A stretch of DNA of 64,000 bases from a virus. The notes beneath the pieces were generated by a model, which did no database searches, had not been told where the DNA came from, and saw only the letters and a list, made by a program, of their open reading frames with translations. Of this stretch, positions 59,326 through 64,000 are shown piece by piece. Positions within the stretch are counted from its first letter, which is position 1, and each line of letters starts with the position of its first letter. The stretch is taken from the IMG/VR virus record IMGVR_UViG_3300032163_000010, positions 8,005 to 72,004 of that record, one strand, 5' to 3'. Both the position numbers and the translations under genes were made by a program.

Positions 59326-60336
59326 TTACGCACTTACCAACCGTGCATCCACGGCGAAATTCTTTCTATTAGTCCCGGGTGGCCCCGATGCTAAGTTGTA
59401 CAGCTCTATCTTCATCGTGGCATCATAAAACGCCTTAAACTCGAGTCGCTGCATCAGCCTATCCCTAGTACCCACTGGGTTTTCTTGCGCTGTTAATCCC
59501 ACTTTGGGCATCGTAAAAATCAAGTCATAGCTGTCGTAAGTTTGCCCAGACGGAGGACCATCACAATTAATAGATAACTCGCCTGTCAAGTACTCCTTGG
59601 CTGGGCTTGACGGCGCACCAGTGCCGAAGAATCTCTGTTTCTGAGACCATCCTTCGAATCTCCCTTCTAGCTCTCCTGTTATCTCGAATCCCTCTTCCAC
59701 TACATTTGGTAGGAATCTCGATCCAGAGACATGCGCGTCGTCCGGAATCGTTCTCTCTATTCTCAGTCTGAACGACTCACACTTGAGGACCTCACCAAAG
59801 GATGTAACAGTTGCATCGTACAACGTGAACGGTCTAACAGCAGGTAGCGTTCCTAACGCAGAAACTGCATCCACGAGATCTTCTGTCCGATATTGCAACG
59901 TCCACGTCGCGATCAACGGTCTATCCTGCGAGGCCTCAAACTCAACACTCTTCACGACACATCCCAAGAGGAACGCAGGATTCACTGCTACAACTCCCGG
60001 ATAATGCTCTGCAGAGAATGTCCTTGCGTCTTCAGCCATGGTAAACGTATGTTTATACATTCCCTGAGCAAAGAGTTCCGTGACTTGTCCCATTGCCCAT
60101 TTCAGTAAGAATGCCAGGTTATCAGGCCTAGCGAACATCCTTAGGGTGTGCTCTCCTACAAATCCACCCATTGTGGCGCCAGTATCAGGTAAGTATATCG
60201 ACTCCCTTAGATCCATCTCATTATTATTCGGGACTGGCTCGCCGTCAATGAATGGGTAGTACTGCACACCGCTTGCCCAGCTAGGTTTCACTCCATAACT
60301 GGACTCTTCCTTCACCGCTATCCATCTACTTCCCAT
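59326..60336 (-). CDS. Tail tube protein, paralog 1, with C-terminal KNFAVDARL motif
   Basis: EESSYG, shares DGEPVPNNN.MDLRESIYL and EEGFEITGELEGRF with 58345. Confidence 0.8.
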   Translation of the reverse strand: MGSRWIAVKEESSYGVKPSWASGVQYYPFIDGEPVPNNNEMDLRESIYLPDTGATMGGFVGEHTLRMFARPDNLAFLLKWAMGQVTELFAQGMYKHTFTMAEDARTFSAEHYPGVVAVNPAFLLGCVVKSVEFEASQDRPLIATWTLQYRTEDLVDAVSALGTLPAVRPFTLYDATVTSFGEVLKCESFRLRIERTIPDDAHVSGSRFLPNVVEEGFEITGELEGRFEGWSQKQRFFGTGAPSSPAKEYLTGELSINCDGPPSGQTYDSYDLIFTMPKVGLTAQENPVGTRDRLMQRLEFKAFYDATMKIELYNLASGPPGTNRKNFAVDARLVSA

Positions 60337-60347
60337 TTTGTTCCCTC

Positions 60348-60791
60348 CTATGGATCATCGATCCATGTCTTACACTCGACGGCAAGAGAGATCATTTGTC
60401 TCTCGTACCCTGGCACCACAGGGGGATTAGTTATAGCTCGCGTCGGAGTCGTGTCGTTAACCAACCCTCCTAGTGTTCGATCCGCTACGAGTGCTTTACG
60501 GATCTTTCCTGACCAATGTATCACGTCTTCTGTTGCTTTTACTATATCCTGCTCATCTGTAAATATATACACAAGAAACGTCATCTTATGATAATCCCCA
60601 TGGGTGTCCTGAGAGATGGGTTCATTCGTCCCAGGTCCGACCATTACAAGGACCCCTCCTTCGCCTGGAACAGGGGGATTCGCACAGAAGCCCTTGACAA
60701 CCCTCGTAACACCGAGCCCTGTAATAGCCACGATGATATCGTACACCCTGTCCCAGGCTTCCAACCAGGTGTTCTCTAGATCGTAACTCAT
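60348..60791 (-). CDS. Tail terminator-like protein
   Basis: Position before the tube genes; DRTLGG motif. Confidence 0.6.
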   Translation of the reverse strand: MSYDLENTWLEAWDRVYDIIVAITGLGVTRVVKGFCANPPVPGEGGVLVMVGPGTNEPISQDTHGDYHKMTFLVYIFTDEQDIVKATEDVIHWSGKIRKALVADRTLGGLVNDTTPTRAITNPPVVPGYERQMISLAVECKTWIDDP

Positions 60792-61261
60792 ATCAATCCC
60801 TCAATGTCCCACAGTTGGGTCTCTAACCAAGTGTCGTTAATAGCATCCAACGCCGTGACAATCCCGTTCTCGAAGAAATGTCTCGGCCGAACTCCTGGAT
60901 GCCATCCAATGTTAAATGGAATAAAGCCCTTTTCTTTCCGGGCTACCCGAAGACCTACTAATCTCCGATCAAGTATAGGGACATATCTCCCCGGAGAAGG
61001 TCTTGTTCCGTCGTTAATGAACTTCGCATGAGGAGCAGTCACGGCTACTGAGAACCCATCTTCAATCGGATTCACTTCGACAGAGTCTAGTAATGACCCC
61101 GTTCGAACTAGACCGTAGCTCATAATTTCCTCCCTTACGCACTCTGCAATCATATCCGCAGCGTGTTCAGTTATATCAGTCATGATACCTTTGATAGCCG
61201 CCTTTAGTGTATGTATCCTGACGATTGTTCCTTCAGTATCAACGTCAATATTGATTGACAT
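60788..61261 (-). CDS. HK97 gp10-like neck protein
   Basis: RTGSLLDS, A.FINDGTR, HPG..PRHFF. Confidence 0.75.
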   Translation of the reverse strand: MSINIDVDTEGTIVRIHTLKAAIKGIMTDITEHAADMIAECVREEIMSYGLVRTGSLLDSVEVNPIEDGFSVAVTAPHAKFINDGTRPSPGRYVPILDRRLVGLRVARKEKGFIPFNIGWHPGVRPRHFFENGIVTALDAINDTWLETQLWDIEGLI

Positions 61262-61262
61262 T

Positions 61263-61913
61263 TTATGTATTATCCTCTATTGCGTTTGTTCTCAACTGAA
61301 CGAGATCAACAATCCCTGATACTCCTGCCTCAAATATCGCTCCTGCGGCAATTAGTGCATTGTTGGCCAACGCCTCATATTGTCCTAGTTGCCTGAGCAA
61401 CGGACCGGGTACTTGTCCCGCGGTTCTTTCATACTCAGCGGAATACGCCAAATAAGTCAAGTACACTGACAGCATTAACCTTGCGTTATAGACTTTCTCT
61501 GCTCCAACAGTGGCAAGAACTTGTACTCTCAACACCGCACTGTAGATCTGCTCTTCGATCGTGGGATCAGAGAGTCTCCTTGCCCCCATATCCGCAAGAT
61601 AAGCCCTCACTTCGGCCACAGTAGGCCAATCTAACCCCCAGACAATAAAGGCAAATGGATACGCATAATCTTTCGTAGCTACGGTATTTATCCAAGAGAC
61701 GGTCCATCTTCCTGTAGGGCCTGCTGTTGGGATCGGATAGTCTAAATACCATATCCCCAAATCAACCTTTGTGCAATCTGCTTTAGTTTTGGTTACTATT
61801 AGAACTCCCGCAGAACTGTAGATCTTAATCGATGCTGCTGAGGGATCATACAAAGTGCCGTTCTCATCAGTAAATGTTCCCTGAATACGCTTCACTCCGC
61901 CAGGTAAGATCAC
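61263..61913 (-). CDS. Ig-like plus head-tail adaptor protein
   Basis: Beta-rich N-terminus then TVAEVRAYL adaptor-like helices. Confidence 0.55.
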   Translation of the reverse strand: MILPGGVKRIQGTFTDENGTLYDPSAASIKIYSSAGVLIVTKTKADCTKVDLGIWYLDYPIPTAGPTGRWTVSWINTVATKDYAYPFAFIVWGLDWPTVAEVRAYLADMGARRLSDPTIEEQIYSAVLRVQVLATVGAEKVYNARLMLSVYLTYLAYSAEYERTAGQVPGPLLRQLGQYEALANNALIAAGAIFEAGVSGIVDLVQLRTNAIEDNT

Positions 61914-61964
61914 TCAGATTACCCCCGTTGACAAATACCAGTCTGTATTATCAGACTGACCAGA

Positions 61965-61980
61965 AGTATATAAAAACTTG
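61965..61980 (-). promoter_or_regulatory. BRE-TATA promoter of the tail operon
   Basis: Minus strand CAAGTTTTTATATAC, followed by inverted repeat CAGTCTG/CAGACTG. Confidence 0.7.
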
Positions 61981-62003
61981 GTACAGCGAACAATCATCAT
62001 CAA

Positions 62004-64000
62004 TCACTCCGGTGATGTAAACCCTCCTTTGCGAGAGTCATCTGCTATGACCCCCGATCGGTCGTCAGCAGATATCCCCTCCCCTCTACTATCATCGACT
62101 AATTCCATCTGACGACTATCGTCGACGAAGAGCCCTCCTGCGGAACGTTGGGCAAATTCTCCATAGGGCCATGGGCGAGTTATTATAGCGTCAACTCTAA
62201 ACAACGCCGCACGGATTAACACAGTGTCGATTTCGAACGTAGTTTCTTTCCATCCGCCTAGTATGGCATCTACTTTGAATGTCTTATCGACTCTGCGGAG
62301 CAGATATCCATCTGCAGTTGTTACCTTGGTCGACCTACGGACTAGGTACGCATCAGCAGTCGTAGTCTTCGGATAGACACCTTTCAACACTGCATTAGCA
62401 TTGAATTCCTTCGTCAACCTATCTACTAATACTGCATCAATAATTGGCTCCTTAGTTAGTCTCTTCCTTAACTGAGCGTCTGTTACCGTCTCCTTGGTTA
62501 GCCGACCAACCAACCTCCCATCCACTAAGACGTCCTTGGTGAGAGATTTCTTCAGCAAGGCATCCGTAGTGAATGGCTTACCTAGCCTACTAACCATCCA
62601 ACTGTCAATTAAGAAATCCTTCGTACGAGTTGTTGCCCCGGGAGTGGATAGTATAGCATCTGCTTCAAATGTCTTCGTGGCAGATAACTTCTTTAACCAG
62701 GCATCACTTGAAAATGGCTTACTTAACCGACTAACTAATCTTGCGTTAATATCTAAGGTCTTATCTAACCTGCTTACCGTTATGGCATCTGCCATAAAGA
62801 TTTTACCAGTTCTAAGAATTAACTCTGCATCAGCAATAAATGGCTTACTTAATCTATTAACTACCCAACTGTCAATTAAGAAATCCTTCGTAACGTTTAG
62901 CTTCTTTAACCAGGCGTCTACACTCATCGGCTTAATTAGTCTGTTTACCAGCCTTGCATCGGCTACCGTGGGTTTCCCCCTATTCAGATACTTCAGCACG
63001 GCGTCTGCACTAAAGGGTTTCGTTAACCTACTTACAACTATTGAATCTACAATTGATTCTTTGGTCTTTCTTGCTACGGGGGAAGCATCAACAGTGAAAT
63101 CCTTAATAAACCCGACCTTCTTTAGTACTGCATCAACTGTGGCACCCTTTGATAATCTCCGTCTTATATCCGCATTTATCTTATAATCCTTCGTAGATCT
63201 CCTAACTACGTACCCATCTGCAACAGTGGTTTTGTCCTTTCTATACCTAAGACCCGCGTCGACTAAGAAGTCCTTCGGAATACCTAATTTCTTCAGTACG
63301 GCATCCGCGTTGAGATCCTTTATTAGTCTATTTACTAAAACAACGTCGGTTGCTAATTCTTTGATTAATCTCCGCCTAACCTGTGAGTCTATAGTAATTT
63401 CTTTAGTTAACCGCTTAACTAACCTTCCATCTGTTATAAAATCTTTTGTACGAGTTGTTGCTCCGGTAGCTAGTCTTGCATCCGCAGAGAACGTCTTCTC
63501 CTTGCGTGAGACTAATATCGCGTCAGCTGTGAATGCCTTATCCTTGTAGAACTTCAGATTCTGCGGACACTCAAAATACGCGGCTGCGGAAGCCACCGGA
63601 GTTTGATCTACAACATCCGTCGTACCGTCGTAATACGTATGTGCTGTATATGCAGACGTCTTGACGTTGTTGAGGTAATACCAAACCTCTACAACGATCC
63701 TGTCTCCATTAAGGATAGAAAAGTCTCCAGCTGCACCTGCTTGGGTATCTATATAACCCGTCTCAGATGTCGCATCACCGTGGGTGTCCGTCGCTGGCCC
63801 TAAGATAGTCTTAACATTCCCTGAACCTTGTCTGTAAACGTAAACAAATACATCATTGAATTGGTTCTGCAGAGTGCTGCTCTCCATCTGCGCGGTAGCA
63901 ACTTTCCAGTTCGCTTGTCCACCGGTTAACGTCTGTGCTGCTAGTTCTGGGGTTATAAACAACCTCATCAGTACATATCTAGCAACACCAGCGTTGTTAT
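62004..64000 (-). CDS. Repeat-rich virion fibre protein (5' end outside the window)
   Basis: Roughly 30 tandem 14-15-aa K-x-F-x-x-D-A-x-L repeats; frame stays open upstream of 63968. Confidence 0.7.
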   Translation of the reverse strand, partial: NNAGVARYVLMRLFITPELAAQTLTGGQANWKVATAQMESSTLQNQFNDVFVYVYRQGSGNVKTILGPATDTHGDATSETGYIDTQAGAAGDFSILNGDRIVVEVWYYLNNVKTSAYTAHTYYDGTTDVVDQTPVASAAAYFECPQNLKFYKDKAFTADAILVSRKEKTFSADARLATGATTRTKDFITDGRLVKRLTKEITIDSQVRRRLIKELATDVVLVNRLIKDLNADAVLKKLGIPKDFLVDAGLRYRKDKTTVADGYVVRRSTKDYKINADIRRRLSKGATVDAVLKKVGFIKDFTVDASPVARKTKESIVDSIVVSRLTKPFSADAVLKYLNRGKPTVADARLVNRLIKPMSVDAWLKKLNVTKDFLIDSWVVNRLSKPFIADAELILRTGKIFMADAITVSRLDKTLDINARLVSRLSKPFSSDAWLKKLSATKTFEADAILSTPGATTRTKDFLIDSWMVSRLGKPFTTDALLKKSLTKDVLVDGRLVGRLTKETVTDAQLRKRLTKEPIIDAVLVDRLTKEFNANAVLKGVYPKTTTADAYLVRRSTKVTTADGYLLRRVDKTFKVDAILGGWKETTFEIDTVLIRAALFRVDAIITRPWPYGEFAQRSAGGLFVDDSRQMELVDDSRGEGISADDRSGVIADDSRKGGFTSPE

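Noticed and set aside
50180-63803. Long plus-strand ORFs opposite tail genes (e.g. 55672-56490, 62494-63186)
   Set aside because: Antisense frames kept open by repeats and codon bias
1-64000. tRNA genes, integrase or att sites, stop-codon reassignment
   Set aside because: No cloverleaf or recombinase motifs noticed; long genes are intact under the standard code and all three stops are used

Overview
A 64-kb segment of a tailed dsDNA archaeal virus (Caudoviricetes, siphovirus-like) with no integrase or host genes visible. Minus strand 1-2685: terminase small and large subunits and the start of the portal gene. Plus strand about 3085-47400: an early block of many small ORFs (paralogous wHTH proteins, Zn-ribbon microproteins, an Elf1-like protein, structured non-coding elements). 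It is followed by replication/repair genes (RNase HI, Hjc, RFC-S, UDG, SSB-like, AAA ATPase, intein-containing PolB and MCM-like helicase, Cas4-like and ERCC4 nucleases). The same block carries a 7-deazaguanine modification set (folE, queD, queE, queC, DpdA/TGT-like, two MazG-like proteins) with an AcrIII-1/DUF1874 ring nuclease inside it, and then a papain-like peptidase/membrane protein module. Minus strand 47381-64000: tail genes (repeat fibre, connectors, two tail-tube paralogs, +1 frameshift chaperone, tape measure, hub, receptor-binding protein). BRE-TATA promoters and GGAGGTGA ribosome-binding sites indicate an archaeal host; Bathyarchaeia is an inference. Top leads: three covarying hairpins sharing a GAGATGAT loop just after U-tracts; a hammerhead ribozyme variant at 42271-42342; a KxFTxDA repeat shared by three virion proteins and a free 36-aa peptide; a family of wHTH paralogs with structured leaders; a viral Elf1; and recurrent non-NTG start codons. 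All assignments are by eye; no searches were run.
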